Shown: positions 11,778-25,387 of the stretch, one piece after another
Layout of the letters: each line of letters starts with the position of its first letter
How positions within the stretch are numbered: the stretch's first letter is position 1
Assembly: GCA_964016885.1 (NCBI GenBank)
Contig: OZ024753.1
Span: 310,001 to 374,000, forward strand
Origin: Eledone cirrhosa
Taxonomy: Eukaryota
Length of the DNA stretch: 64,000 nucleotides
Reading direction: 5' to 3'
Position numbers and translations under genes: made by a program
Notes under the pieces: generated by a model
What the model was told of the DNA's origin: nothing
Databases searched by the model: none
What the model saw: only the letters and a program-made list of their open reading frames with translations

Positions 11778-14666
11778 TGTACAAACATGTGCGTGTGTTT
11801 TATATGTATGTCTATGTGTTTGTGTGACTGCATGTGTGTGTGTTTTATATGTATGTCTATGTGTTTGTGTGACTGCATGTGTATGTGTTTTATATGTATG
11901 TCTATGTGTTTGTGTGACTGCATGTGTGTGTGTTTTATATGTATGTTTATGTGTTTGTGTGACTGCATGTGTATGTGTTTTATATGTATGTCTATGTGTT
12001 TGTGTGACTGCATGTGTATGTGTTTTATATGTATGTCTATGTGTTTGTGTGACTGCATGTGTATGTGTTTTATATGTATGTCTATGTGTTTGTGTGACTG
12101 CATGTGTATGTGTTTTATATGTATGTCTATGTGTTTGTGTGACTGCATGTGTGTGTGTTTTATATGTATGTCTATGTGTTTGTGTGACTGCATGTGTGTG
12201 TGTTTTATATATATGTCTATGTGTTTGTATGACTGCATGTGTATGTGTTTTATATGTATGTCTATGTGTTTGTGTGACTGCATGTGTGTGTGTTTTATAT
12301 GTATGTCTATGTGTTTGTGTGACTGCATGTGTGTGTGTTTTATATGTATGTTTATGTGTTTGTGTGACTGCATGTGTATGTGTTTTATATGTATGTCTAT
12401 GTGTTTGTGTGACTGCATGTGTGTGTGTTTTATATGTATGTCTATGTGTTTGTGTGACTGCATGTGTATGTGTTTTATATGTATGTCTATGTGTTTGTGT
12501 GACTGCATGTGTATGTGTTTTATATGTATGTCTATGTGTTTGTGTGACTGCATGTGTGTGTGTTTTATATGTATGTTTATGTGTTTGTGTGACTGCATGT
12601 GTGTGTGTTTTATATGTATGTCTATGTGTTTGTGTGACTGCATGTGTGTGTGTTTTATATGTATGTCTATGTGTTTGTGTGACTGCATGTGTATGTGTTT
12701 TATATGTATGTCTATGTGTTTGTGTGACTGCATGTGTATGTGTTTTATATGTATGTCTATGTGTTTGTGTGACTGCATGTGTGTGTGTTTTATATGTATG
12801 TCTATGTGTTTGTGTGACTGCATGTGTATGTGTTTTATATGTATGTCTATGTGTTTGTGTGACTGCATGTGTGTGTGTTTTATATGTATGTCTATGTGTT
12901 TGTGTGACTGCATGTGTGTGTGTTTTATATGTATGTCTATGTGTTTGTGTGACTGCATGTGTGTGTGTTTTATATATATGTCTATGTGTTTGTATGACTG
13001 CATGTGTATGTGTTTTATATGTATGTCTATGTGTTTGTGTGACTGCATGTGTGTGTGTTTTATATGTATGTCTATGTGTTTGTGTGACTGCATGTGTGTG
13101 TGTTTTATATGTATGTTTATGTGTTTGTGTGACTGCATGTGTGTGTGTTTTATATGTATGTCTATGTGTTTGTGTGACTGCATGTGTATGTGTTTTATAT
13201 GTATGTCTATGTGTTTGTGTGACTGCATGTGTGTGTGTTTTATATGTATGTCTATGTGTTTGTGTGACTGCATGTGTGTGTGTTTTATATGTATGTCTAT
13301 GTGTTTGTGTGACTGCATGTGTGTGTGTTTTATATGTATGTTTATGTGTTTGTGTGACTGCATGTGTGTGTGTTTTATATGTATGTCTATGTGTTTGTGT
13401 GAAAGCATGTGTGTGTGTTTTATATGTATGTCTATGTGTTTGTGTGACTGCATGTGTGTGTGTTTTATATGTATGTCTATGTGTTTGTGTGACTGCATGT
13501 GTGTGTGTTTTATATATATGTCTATGTGTTTGTGTGACTGCATGTGTATGTGTTTTATATGTATGTCTATGTGTTTGTGTGACTGCATGTGTGTGTGTTT
13601 TATATGTATGTCTATGTGTTTGTGTGACTGCATGTGTATGTGTTTTATATGTATGTCTATGTATTTGTGTGACTGCATGTGTGTGTGTTTTATATGTATG
13701 TTTATGTGTTTGTGTGACTGCATGTGTGTGTGTTTTATATGTATGTCTATGTGTTTGTGTGACTGCATGTGTGTGTGTTTTATATGTATGTCTATGTGTT
13801 TGTGTGACTGCATGTGTATGTGTTTTATATGTATGTCTATGTGTTTGTGTGACTGCATGTGTGTGTGTTTTATATGTATGTTTATGTGTTTGTGTGACTG
13901 CATGTGTGTGTGTTTTATATGTATGTCTATGTGTTTGTGTGACTGCATGTGTGTGTGTTTTATATGTATGTTTATGTGTTTGTGTGACTGCATGTGTATG
14001 TGTTTTATATGTATGTCTATGTGTTTGTGTGACTGCATGTGTGTGTGTTTTATATGTATGTCTATGTGTTTGTGTGACTGCATGTGTGTGTGTTTTATAT
14101 GTATGTCTATGTGTTTGCGTGACTGCATGTGTGTGTGTTTTATATGTATGTCTATGTGTTTGTGTGACTGCATGTGTGTGTGTTTTATATGTATGTCTAT
14201 GTGTTTGTGTGACTGCATGTGTGTGTGTTTTATATGTATGTCTATGTGTTTGTGTGACTGCATGTGTATGTGTTTTATATGTATGTCTATGTGTTTGTGT
14301 GACTGCATGTGTGTGTGTTTTATATGTATGTTTATGTGTTTGTGTGACTGCATGTGTGTGTGTTTTATATGTATGTCTATGTGTTTGTGTGACTGCATGT
14401 GTGTGTGTTTTATATGTATGTTTATGTGTTTGTGTGACTGCATGTGTATGTGTTTTATATGTATGTCTATGTGTTTGTGTGACTGCATGTGTGTGTGTTT
14501 TATATGTATGTCTATGTGTTTGTGTGACTGCATGTGTGTGTGTTTTATATGTATGTCTATGTGTTTGCGTGACTGCATGTGTGTGTGTTTTATATGTATG
14601 TCTATGTGTTTGTGTGACTGCATGTGTATGTGTTTTATATGTATGTCTATGTGTTTGTGTGTGCAT
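11778..14666. repeat. 45-bp satellite, about 64 units
   Basis: Unit gtgactgcatgtgtgtgtgttttatatgtatgtctatgtgtttgt with few substitutions. Confidence 0.97.
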
Positions 14667-14940
14667 GTTGAGTTTTTATATTTATTTAAATGTCTACTAT
14701 TTGTAAGTACATGAGTTTTTCGAGATACCTTTCCCATGCAAGAGCATCGCCAAAACATATATGTATATATGTGTGTGTACATTCACATACACACACGCAT
14801 GCATGCATGTATACACATATATGTATACATTTATATACAAATAATATGCATTGCGTATATACATACATATATGTATATATAAATATATACTCATACACAC
14901 ACATGTATATACATATAAATAAATAAATATATATATATAT

Positions 14941-15132
14941 ATAGGAACAAGTATGACCCCGACGGCAGAGCTCAAGCCGTTTCGACGGCTATTTTAATAT
15001 TTAAATAGCCGTCGAAACGGCTTGAGCTCTGCCGTCGGGGTCATACTTGTTCCTATTACCCACTCTACTACCCTAAGTATTGAGTACTTTGGTGCGTTAT
15101 GGTCCATCTGGTTCCTTACCACAATTCCTTCG

Positions 15133-15135
<3 letters not shown>
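14941..15135 (+). mobile_element. Family A element with about 53-bp-arm palindrome
   Basis: 14941-14993 is the reverse complement of 15003-15056. Flanked by TA tracts on both sides. Confidence 0.75.
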
Positions 15136-15171
<36 letters not shown>

Positions 15172-15394
15172 CACACACACAAAAACACATGTATATATAT
15201 ATATATATATATAAAGGGTATGTCACACATCTGTGTGTTTGTATGTGAATCAATGTTGCTATCATCATTTCCTGTGTTAAGCAATTCTAAAACCGTAAAA
15301 GTTGACATCAGAGCAATATGGCAACTGTGTACGACATCGATCACGTGGTCTTTACACGTCACTTTCATAAATAATGGAAATGAGTTTTAATTAC

Positions 15395-15932
15395 AAAGTA
15401 ATAATAGACAAAGTAATGATAGAGAAAGTAATGACAGGCAAAGTAATGATAGACAAAGTAATGACAGGCAAAGTAATGACAGGCAAAGTAATGATAGACA
15501 AAGTAATGATAGACAAAGTAATGATAGACAAAGTAATGACAGGCAAAGTAATGATAGAGAAAGTAATGATAGACAAAGTAATGACAGGCAAAGTAATGAT
15601 AGAGAAAGTAATGATAGACAAAGTAATGATAGACAAAGTAATGACAGGCAAAGTAATGATAGAGAAAGTAATGATAGACAAAGTAATGACAGGCAAAGTA
15701 ATGATAGACAAAGTAATGATAGACAAAGTAATGATAGACAAAGTAATGATAGAGAAAGTAATGATAGAGAAAGTAATGATAGAGAAAGTAATGATAGACT
15801 AAGTAGTGATAGAGAAAGTAATGATAGAGAAAGTAATGATAAACAGAGTAATGATAGATAAAGTAATGATAGAGATAGTAATGATAGATAAACCAATAAT
15901 AAACAAACTAATAATAGACAAACTAATAATAG
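15395..15932. repeat. 15-bp minisatellite (aaagtaatgatagac)
   Basis: About 35 units, degenerating toward the 3' end. Confidence 0.95.
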
Positions 15933-16409
15933 AACAATTGCGTTAATAGTTACGAAATAATTAAGACAGTTACATAACCGTCATATCTTAAATTATTGAC
16001 GTCAGCCAAAACAATCCCAATGTAATGATATAGAGTTAAAATGGTACACTAATGATATATATATATATAGCATCATCTCCCACCACCAGTACTACTATCC
16101 CAACACCTCTACAGCTATCTCCACCACCACCACCACCACCACCATTACCAAAAATAGCTGAATATAGACGACAAACCAATGGTAAATATAATAATAGTTT
16201 CTAATTTCGGCACAAGGGTAGCAATTTGTAAGGAGAGGAAAGTCGAATACATCGACCCTTAGTATATGACTGGTACATTATTTTATCGATCCCAGAAGTA
16301 TGAAAAGCAAATAGTATTTTGGTCGCATTTAAACTGAGGGTTGACAACTTGTGAAGCATAGGATCGTTGGTTCAGAGTTGATCTGGGACAACACATTGGA
16401 TGTGTACTT

Positions 16410-16690
16410 CTAACATCCTCTTCTTTTTCGCTCACTTATTCCTGAAAGGGTCGTGGAGGCAGAGTCCTCAAACACTTCTTTTAGCGGGTCCTGTCAGAAG
16501 CAGTCGTCTTCAATTGATCCCGCTGGATCCCCAAGCATGACCAGCTAAGCTCATGGAAGTTATCCAACCATCTTGCTCGGGGTCTACCCCTGGGTCTACT
16601 GTCGGTTGGTTTTGCCAGTAAAATCTGTCCAGCGATTCATTCCTGAGACATTCTAACCACATACCCATAGTATCTGAGCTGTGATCTCTC
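16410..16690 (-). mobile_element. RTE LINE 3' end fragment
   Basis: Reverse-complement similarity to 11030-11295. Confidence 0.65.
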
Positions 16691-17007
16691 AATTCGGGAG
16701 AAGTAGCAGCTCTACCTGGAGTGACTCTCTGATCTCTGAGTTAATTCTAACATAACGTTAGTTAATCCCTCACAATACCCACTTGAAACATCCAAAGAGC
16801 ATATCTACATTAATGGTTCTCAACCGGGGTCTATATAGCCCTTGGATGTCCCTAGGGGTTCATAGATGTCCATAGGTAAAAATGGGTTTAGAAATACTTC
16901 TAGAATTTCCGGAATTTTATTATTCACAGTTGTATAAATAACATTACAAAAACTCATCAAGTTGGCTTAAAAATCATTGATAATTGCATGAATGGAAAAA
17001 AGAAATA

Positions 17008-17176
17008 CCGTATTTCCCGGCGTCGAAGACGCTACTTTTTTCTTAAAATAAGTCTAAAAAATCTACCATGCGTCCTGGAGGCCGAAGGTTGTTTACTATT
17101 TTTTTTTCAAATTTTTGGTTGTCAAAATTATGGTGCGTCCTCGAGGACGAGGCGTCTTCGGCGCCGGAAAATACGG
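17008..17176. mobile_element. Tc1/mariner-superfamily (Tc2/pogo-like) MITE
   Basis: TIR CCGTATTTCCCGGCG/CGCCGGAAAATACGG with TA on both sides. Inverted copy at about 21628-21794. Confidence 0.85.
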
Positions 17177-17475
17177 TATTAAAGCAAAATTAAGTAATGA
17201 GAACATGGGGAAAAGGCAAAGAAGTCCAGATCTGGCTGTATGGGAAAGTAGAGGAAAGGACTCAGCAGCCAATCTTCTCTTCTGATTATTGCCTTGAGAA
17301 AGAACGGTATGGTCATGTCAAAAATTCATCTGACCGTATCTATGTTCGATTTGGATCATCGGGTCCGAAACAAGAAGGAAACAAAAATACACAACTTAAC
17401 TCCACCACTACCAGAAAGAGAGATCGAGAGAGATCTGCAGACTAGAAAATAAATAATTTGCATTATTAATATAGG

Positions 17476-17855
17476 GGCGGTGGATTGGCAGTATCGGTAG
17501 AGGGTCAGACACCATGTTTTCCAGCATAGTTACGTCCCTTTACGATCTGAGTTCAAATCGCTCCGAGGTTGACTTTGCCTTTCATCCTTACGGGGTCGAT
17601 AAAATAAAGTACCAGTAATGCACTGGGTAATTGCTGGCCTTGTGCTTAAAGTAGAAACAATTATTAATATATGGATTGGCAGTATCGGTAGAGGGTCGGA
17701 TGCCATGCTTTGCAGCAAAGAGTTACGGCTCTTTATGGTCTGAGTTCAAATCGCTCCGAGGTTGACTTTGCCTTTCATCCTTACGGGGTGGATAAAATAA
17801 AGTACCAGTAATGCACTGGGATAATTGCTGGCCTTGAGCCAAAAGTAGAAATAAT
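17476..17855 (+). mobile_element. Two head-to-tail SINE copies
   Basis: Box A, box B and central motif repeated twice. Confidence 0.85.
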
Positions 17856-19132
17856 TATTAATATATCTATATGGTGTTTTCTCTTTTCTTCTCTTTCTTC
17901 CTCTCCACCACCACCAACAACAACACCTACCATCATTACTACTACTCTTACTACTACTATTACTACTACCACCACAGCAATGCCCTGATGATCACCATCA
18001 TTATCATCATCATCATCATCATGCCACCGCCACAATAACAACACATACCACCCACACAACATCGACTGTCAGCATAACTATCATGATCATCACTACCATC
18101 ATCAACATCAACATCAGCATCAGCAGCAGTATTCTCATTGTGGTTTGTGAGAAGCCTTGTTTGTCAATGTCAGAAAGAAAGACCAGTTGACACTTGGCGG
18201 GTTAGCATTGTCAGGCGGCACCTGATATTTCCCTTCTCAGTGGGATGTCCCAATTGTTTTGTTGTTGTTGTTGTTGTTTTTTCCTTTTTAAATCCACGTT
18301 TGTCGGTGACATCGTCTGCACAGAGCACCGGAAACAGACAGGGAAGAGACTAGAAAAAAATTAAACTTTTTTTTTTTTTTTAATAAAAGAAAGTACGAAA
18401 ACGAAAGAACAAAACAAAAAGTCCTTAACAATTCGTGAGATGGATTGCAAACGTAGAGGGAAAAAAATGGAAGAAGCAGACGATAAAATAGTAAGCAAAA
18501 AAATATATATCTCCATTGTTGCTATCATTTAACAGCGACAGTGAAACGTAATTGTGAGAGGAAACTGAAAAAGTGGAATGCTTTTTTTGCATGAAAGACA
18601 TATAGGAGAATTGAGTGAAACAACGAGTAGAATGATGTTTGTTAAGAGAGAAAGAGAGAAAGAGAAAGGGAGAGGGAGAGGGAGAGGTGGGGTGAGAGAG
18701 AGGTGGGGTGAGAAAAATGAAGAGAGGAATAAGTAAAGAAAACAAGAAAAGAAAGAGAAAGAAAGAGAGACAAAAGGAGAAAGAGACAAAGGGAGAGAAA
18801 GACAGAGAGACAGACAAAGAGAGAGAGAGAAAGGAAGGAGATGATAAAAATAAAGAGAGAAATAGGTAAAGTAAATAAGGGAAACAGAAAAGCGAGCTTG
18901 AGTGAGGAACAGGAAAAAAGTAAAAGAAAGAGAAGGGTTGTAGAGAAAGAGAGAGAGAGGAGAAAGAGAGAGAGGAGAGGAAGTGAAATGATGACATTAA
19001 CTGGGAAAAGAGTGAGAAACCGGAAGAGTAAGAGAGGGAAAGAGGGGATATCATATAGATAGATTATTTGATAAATTATTTATTTTCTAGTCTCACCCCC
19101 CCCCCCCCCCCCCCTCTCACATACATACATAT

Positions 19133-19501
19133 GATGGCTGCCCTCTCGTTATCGAGTATAGCCATTGCACGATATACCATTATTAAAAATTATTAATTAA
19201 TTCTATCGTGCAATGCCTGTGCGTGAAATACTTTTTAAAGTGAGGTAAAGTGAGGAAAGACTGCACTGAGCCAATCCCACTCTCTGAGCGACAGTAGCTA
19301 TAACCCGAAAAGAAGAAAAGATCAACATCATCGGTAACTACTGAGCCGCAGGTTTTATATCGGAGTTATCCCAGTTTCCTGAGTTGCCTTCTCCTAGAAG
19401 AATGCCCTGACAAAGGCTAGGGGTCCTTCACTCCTAGTGGTTTAACCGCGCGATCGGGTATCCAGCCCGATTATTTCTATGTCCCCGCTCATATACACAC
19501 A

Positions 19502-19554
<53 letters not shown>

Positions 19555-19768
19555 GTATATACATATTTACACATTTTTGGATGGTCGTTGACTCTTATGA
19601 GTTATTCCGCCCTTTCTCAGGTTTTGCTTTTTGTTCTGCAGGTGTCCCAAATCACCCTCCTCACCAAGTAAACTTGGTGGGGTTGCCGGTTTAGTCGCGG
19701 ACGACCCCACCATGCGACAGGTTGTACTGTGTTACATGTTACCAGTAATACTCCAGAGTGACCCGACA
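19133..19768 (-). mobile_element. Diverged copy of the 6158-6768 element
   Basis: Colinear similarity (tggctgcc...; caccctcctcaccaag...gacaggttgtactg). Confidence 0.7.
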
Positions 19769-19944
19769 TAATACATATATACATACCTGATTCATCAACA
19801 CAAAATACCTGACTCACAGGAAATCAATGTCAAACTCAGACCTTTTATGTCAAGTTTATGGCAAGCTCAGACCCTTCAAGCTCCTCCTACAGTCACCAGT
19901 TTGAATTAATTAAGTTTGAAATAACTGGTTGTTATTATAATGTT

Positions 19945-20133
19945 GGCGGAGGATTGGCAGTATCGGTAGAGAGTCGGACGCCATGCTTTGACGCATAGAG
20001 TTACGGTCCTTGCCATTCTGAGTTCAAATTCCGCCGAGGTTAACTTTGCCTTTCATCCTTTCGGGGTCGATAAAATAAAGTACCAGTAATACACTGGGTA
20101 ATTGCTGGCCTTGTGCCAAATGTAGAAACAATT
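19945..20133 (+). mobile_element. tRNA-derived SINE, full length
   Basis: ggcggaggattggcagtatcggtag...gagttcaaattcc. Confidence 0.85.
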
Positions 20134-21627
20134 ATAATGTTGGTGTTTTTGTGTGTGCAGGACGGTACGATCGCTAGCCCCGGACAGTACAAGAGAAAGC
20201 TCTCTGGTGTACGGAACCTCAGGCGCAAGCCACCTGTTAGTCCCAGCAGACAGAGTGGAGCAAGCGTTGCCACCGGGGAATATTGAAGGAGATGCATTGA
20301 AACAGCTATTCCAACTCACGACAATCATTCCTGCAGCTGGTCAACTGAACCACGATAGCAATGCTGTTTTACAGAGACCAAGAACGCCAGAAATCTCCAT
20401 CGCTGTAGGTTCAACAACGGTAATGTTCTGATTTTTCGAATCATATCAGGTTTGTTTTCATTCTATCTGTTCTTGAAGTAATGTTGCCTTTTCCAGCTGA
20501 ACATTTATTCTTTGCAATAATATTGCAACTTTCTGATACCTACAAGCAGGACGGCTTGTGAAGGTGGTTACTTGTGGATCTTATTTCTACTACAAACATT
20601 TTCGACTGTATCTCCTCCGGTCTGACACACTTCATAACATGCAAACACTGTAATGCATCATCATACAGTGTTGAAGCAGGATACCGTTTGAGTAACTGGT
20701 TCTGTGAACACTTCAAGATATCCACAACAGCGCTCATGTAGTTCTCAAACCAATAAGTCGCCATTTTGACTTGCTTGATCACTTCACTGACTAACTCTCT
20801 GTCTCTGATCTCCTACACTATATAACCAAGCTGACTTTCACAAACACAAGGAAAACGCCACATCGTCTATCTGTGAGCCTCGATTTACGTCTCAACTTCT
20901 ATGATTATGTCTCCTCCCTCTCCTAGCTCACCTCAAGAGTCCTCTTCCTTTCTGTTGTTTGAATTTAGAAGATAATGTTCATTTGTATACTGGTGTGTAT
21001 ATAGGAATGTATTTTTGGGCGTGTATACACCTACGTAATTGTTTTTGCATATATGTCAGCATATATGTACGTGTGTGTACATATAAATGAGGTCATGTAT
21101 ATATATGTTTGTGAGCATCCATACGAGTGTATGTATGTATAGTGGACGTGTTTCTGTATGACTCTTACTACAACTAACTAAATATTTCATTTAAATTAGG
21201 AATATTCTAAATGTACTTGAATATTTTACCTTGGTGCGGTCGTTTTTGTCTCTCACTTCCTTTACGCATATAAATTTTTAAGCTTATATTTTATTTGCGG
21301 CATTGGGTGTTTTCACAATATTATCTCTTTGTTCACCTTTGCAGAGTGCCGGATTTACCATTGTGATTCGGTGTTCCTAAACACAGGGCTCCATTAGCCG
21401 GGGAAGAGGGCATCTTCCCGCCAAACATTTTTTTTTTTTACCTCGTTCATGCCCCTAGACATCTAACCTTTTTACACAACTTTTTTCTATTTTACCCACA
21501 ACAACCTTCCAACTTCAATTACTCACCTAGGATTATTTATTATTTAAATATATTATATTGTAATTATTCTTCTGCATCTCATAAGACTGCAGTGTATCAG
21601 TTACTGAAAACATTTTAAAACCAATTA

Positions 21628-21794
21628 AGTATTTCTCGGCCCCGAATACGCTTCGTCCTCGAGGACGCACCCTAATTTTGATAACCAACATTTTGAAAAA
21701 AATTAATAAACAACCTTCGGCCTGCAGGACGCATGGTAGATTTTTGAGACTTATTTTAGGAAAAAAGTAGCGTCTTCGACGCCGGGAAATGCGG
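21628..21794. mobile_element. Tc2/pogo-like MITE, second copy
   Basis: Reverse complement of 17008-17176. Confidence 0.8.
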
Positions 21795-21915
21795 TAGTTA
21801 CCAAGCCGTGCATGGAAAAATCCTTGACAAAACTTGGTTTAAAGAAAATAAACAAAAATCACTGTTTGGTATGTGATATGAGAGAATGAGCGAAAGGCAT
21901 ATTATTCTGTCCCAA

Positions 21916-22070
21916 ATAATGATTTCTACTATAGGCACAAGGCCAGCATTTTGGGGGTAGGGGAAACTCGATTAAATCGACTCCAGTGTATTACTGGTGC
22001 TTTATTTTATCGATCCCGTAAAGAAGAAAGGCAAAGCTAACCTCGACGGGATTTGAACTCAGAATATAAC
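21916..22070 (-). mobile_element. SINE, truncated
   Basis: Same family motifs. Confidence 0.8.
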
Positions 22071-22272
22071 AGGCCATTGCTTCCTGCTGCAAAACAAGAA
22101 TGTTTTAACATTTCGTTAATATTTCGTATTGGAAACAACGTTCAAATGAACAGGTTAAGGACAGCAAGGAGATGAAATAATTTTGACTTACCAATAGCAG
22201 TGAGTGAATAATGTGAAATGAGGCCTCTGGAAAGAAAAGATACAGAAAGGAAAGATTGCGTCTGAACGTACC

Positions 22273-22354
<82 letters not shown>

Positions 22355-22693
22355 TGACCAGGTAAAGAGCGGCCCTTACTATTTGGCTTTCATGGTCTTT
22401 ACAGACTAAGTGAGAAGAAGGAGGCAGGCTAGCCAGTCTTTTATACAAGAGGAAGCCATCCCGCTTCGTCTTTATAAAATAGTTCATATAGCATACATAT
22501 ATATGTGTGCGTATATATATATATCTATCTATATATATATATATATTATAAAAGATAGTTAAGATTAAACACAAGCATACACATAATCGAGCTTATAAAG
22601 AAACTTATTAAAAATACGACATTTCATGTGAGACAACCTAATATATATATATATTTGTAGTAAGGTTGCTTGGATGCGTCCATAGGAAACTAG

Positions 22694-22786
22694 ACGTATC
22701 TGAGGAACTTGCGAATCCAGATTCAGGTTCGATCCACAAACAGATCGCACCTCGAGCTGTTCGCCAGAGAAACAATTGTAATACGT
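22694..22786 (+). ncRNA. Type I hammerhead ribozyme motif with long stem II
   Basis: Stem I acgtat/atacgt (6 bp); CUGAGGA; extended stem II (gcgaa/ttcgc, aggt/acct, gatc/gatc); GAAA; palindromic stem III ACAATTGT; cleavage triplet GUA. Confidence 0.75.
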
Positions 22787-22825
22787 AATAAATTGTGTTC
22801 CGATGCATCACTGATTCTTCGTTTT

Positions 22826-22862
<37 letters not shown>

Positions 22863-22887
22863 CAAAGAGATATTTAATTTGTTGGTA

Positions 22888-23250
22888 ATTCCACAAATAT
22901 ATTTATAACACATTCGAAGCACTCGACAAGTTTACAAACGGAAACTGAATTGTTAAGGTCTGATTCCTGGGTATGTCACTATTTATAAAACAAATTTTGT
23001 ATTTCATCTGATGAGAGCGTATATATATATATCAATGATATTAATAAATGGAAACTATATTTATAAAACCATATTTATTCTATTATATATATATTTCAAG
23101 GGTACCAAAACTTTGGTACGCTCTCATCAGATGAAATACAAAATTTGTTTTATAAATAGTGACATACCCAGGAATCAGACCTTAACAATTCAGTTTCCGT
23201 TTGTAAACTTGTCGAGTGCTTCGAATGTGTTATAAATATATTTGTGGAAT
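22888..23250. repeat. Inverted repeat with about 134-bp arms (22888-23021/23117-23250)
   Basis: Arms read as exact reverse complements; TA-flanked. Confidence 0.9.
23074..23137 (-). ncRNA. Hammerhead motif with (AU)n stem III
   Basis: atttcat-CUGAUGA-gagcgtacc/ggtaccctt-GAAA-UAUAUAUA-UA-atagaat. Confidence 0.6.
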
Positions 23251-23558
23251 ATATATATATATATATAACCTGTTAGACCATTACTCAAATGTAAGGTAAA
23301 ATGTAAATACGGAAAAGTAGCGGCTCTACATGGTGTGACTTCCTCATCTCTTAGCTACGCACCCTATCGGCTAACGTTACTCCAAAGACCCTTTGGAAAA
23401 ATCCCATTTTGGCTGCTTGTATTCGCGATCGTATTCTTTCTGTTTATTAAACCAGTAAAAGAATAAAGGAGTAAATGATAAAAGGAATAAAAATGTAGCA
23501 AAACCAATTGTAATAAATAACAGTTTAACAGTTGTCATGGCCGGCCATATCTTTATAG

Positions 23559-23877
23559 CAGGGGTGTGCAACATATTCCATTGGTGGGCCACTTTTGAAC
23601 ATTGGAACAACTATTAGGGCCATTAATATTTATTAAGCACTATTCCAAAGATTCACTACAACTTCTTTCCATAACATGGAACTGGGAAATTATAACACAC
23701 ATAACCCTATCAGTGAAGCCCTTTAGTATAGGTCAACTAACAGAAAATTGTATTACGGTTATGAAAAAAATTCTAAATATGTCTCCAAGGTAAAAATTAA
23801 AAGCGGTCATCACGGGCCACTCTGACTGGTCAGGTGGACCGGATTGTGGCCCGCGGGCCATCTGTTGGCCGCCCATG
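23559..23877. mobile_element. hAT-type MITE
   Basis: Imperfect TIR CAGGGGTGTGCAAC/GTTGGCCGCCCATG; 8-bp TSD ctttatag/ctttatgg. Confidence 0.75.
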
Positions 23878-23944
23878 CTTTATGGCATTCTTTTGGAAAT
23901 TTGTTAATGTTTGTGGTTTTTACTCGAAATTCTCCTCTCTAAAC

Positions 23945-24385
23945 CCCGCACCACACCGCAACATGTCACTCTGCCCGGTCATCAACCCCCATCATCACGT
24001 ACCACCCTGCCTACCTGTCCCGAACCACCCCACACCGTAACATGCCACCACGCTCGAACACCACCCGGCACCATCAGGTAGCCTCCCCCACCTTAACATG
24101 CCACCTTGCCCAGCCACCAACCCACGCCATCACATACGACCCTGCCCTGCTCCGCCCCGCTTCACTCCACACCACAATATGCCACCCTGCTCGGCCACCA
24201 GCCCGCACCATCACGTATCCCCCACCACCTCAACATGCTGCTCGGCCACCAGCCCGCACCACCACATAACACCCTGCCCTGCTCCTCCCCGCCCCCCCCA
24301 CGGCAACATACCACCCTGCCCGGCCACCAACCCGCACCATCACATACCACCCTGCCCTGCTTCTCTGCCCCGCTCCACACAGCAC
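23945..24385. repeat. Degenerate C-rich minisatellite
   Basis: Recurrent ccaccctgcccggccaccaacccgcaccatcacata-like units. Confidence 0.75.
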
Positions 24386-24647
24386 AACGTCCCATGTGAA
24401 GCAGATTATTCTGGGTCAGGTACTCTGTGAAGCTTAAGTTCACGATGACCAAGCTGGGCTATTCCAAGAATGTTTGTAGGAGTTAACAAAAAACAAAGAA
24501 TATATATAGTATATGTGTGTGTGTATGTGTGTGTGGGGGTGGGGGGCGTGTGTGTCTAGATAAAGAACAGGTGTAGATAGAGGACAGATCCAATATATCA
24601 ATATATATATATATGTGTATATGTGTATATATATGGATGTATATATG

Positions 24648-24721
<74 letters not shown>

Positions 24722-24750
24722 ATATGTGTATATATATGGATGTATATATG

Positions 24751-24785
<35 letters not shown>

Positions 24786-24808
24786 GTGTATATATATGTA
24801 TATATTTG

Positions 24809-24856
<48 letters not shown>

Positions 24857-25299
24857 GTGTGTGTGTATATATATGTATATATATGTATGTGTATATATAT
24901 ATATATATATGTATGTGTATATATATATATATATATATTTATATGTATATATATATGTATGTATCTATATCAATGTATATATATATATATATATATACTT
25001 GTATATATATATTTATATATACATACATAAACGCGCACACTCAAATACATATATATCTAGAGAGAGAGGGCGAGACAGTCAGTAAGAAAAAGAGAGAGAC
25101 AGAGAGAGGGAGGGTGGCGAGACAGTCAGAGAGAGAGGGGAGAGGGGGGGGAGTGGCGAGACAGAGAGAGGGTGAGAGAAAGCAGTTGGTGGTAGGAAAT
25201 TGTAATCCCGATGAATGAATACAAGATATATCAGTCTAGAGATTATGAATGAAACAAAACTGGGCAACATAAATATGTCAACGATTTACTCTTAATCCG

Positions 25300-25307
25300 A
25301 GTAGTAA

Positions 25308-25340
<33 letters not shown>

Positions 25341-25347
25341 AACTAAC

Positions 25348-25387
<40 letters not shown>

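Noticed and set aside
11543-14782. ORFs of about 1000 aa (His-rich or Cys-rich) in four frames
   Set aside because: Translations of a stop-free 45-bp satellite, open on both strands, with no unique domain.
15374-15896. KVMID-repeat and Leu/Ser-repeat ORFs
   Set aside because: Translation of the 15-bp minisatellite.
18130-18350. Possible host exon or enhancer-like unique sequence
   Set aside because: No recognisable protein motif; regulatory function cannot be supported without conservation data.
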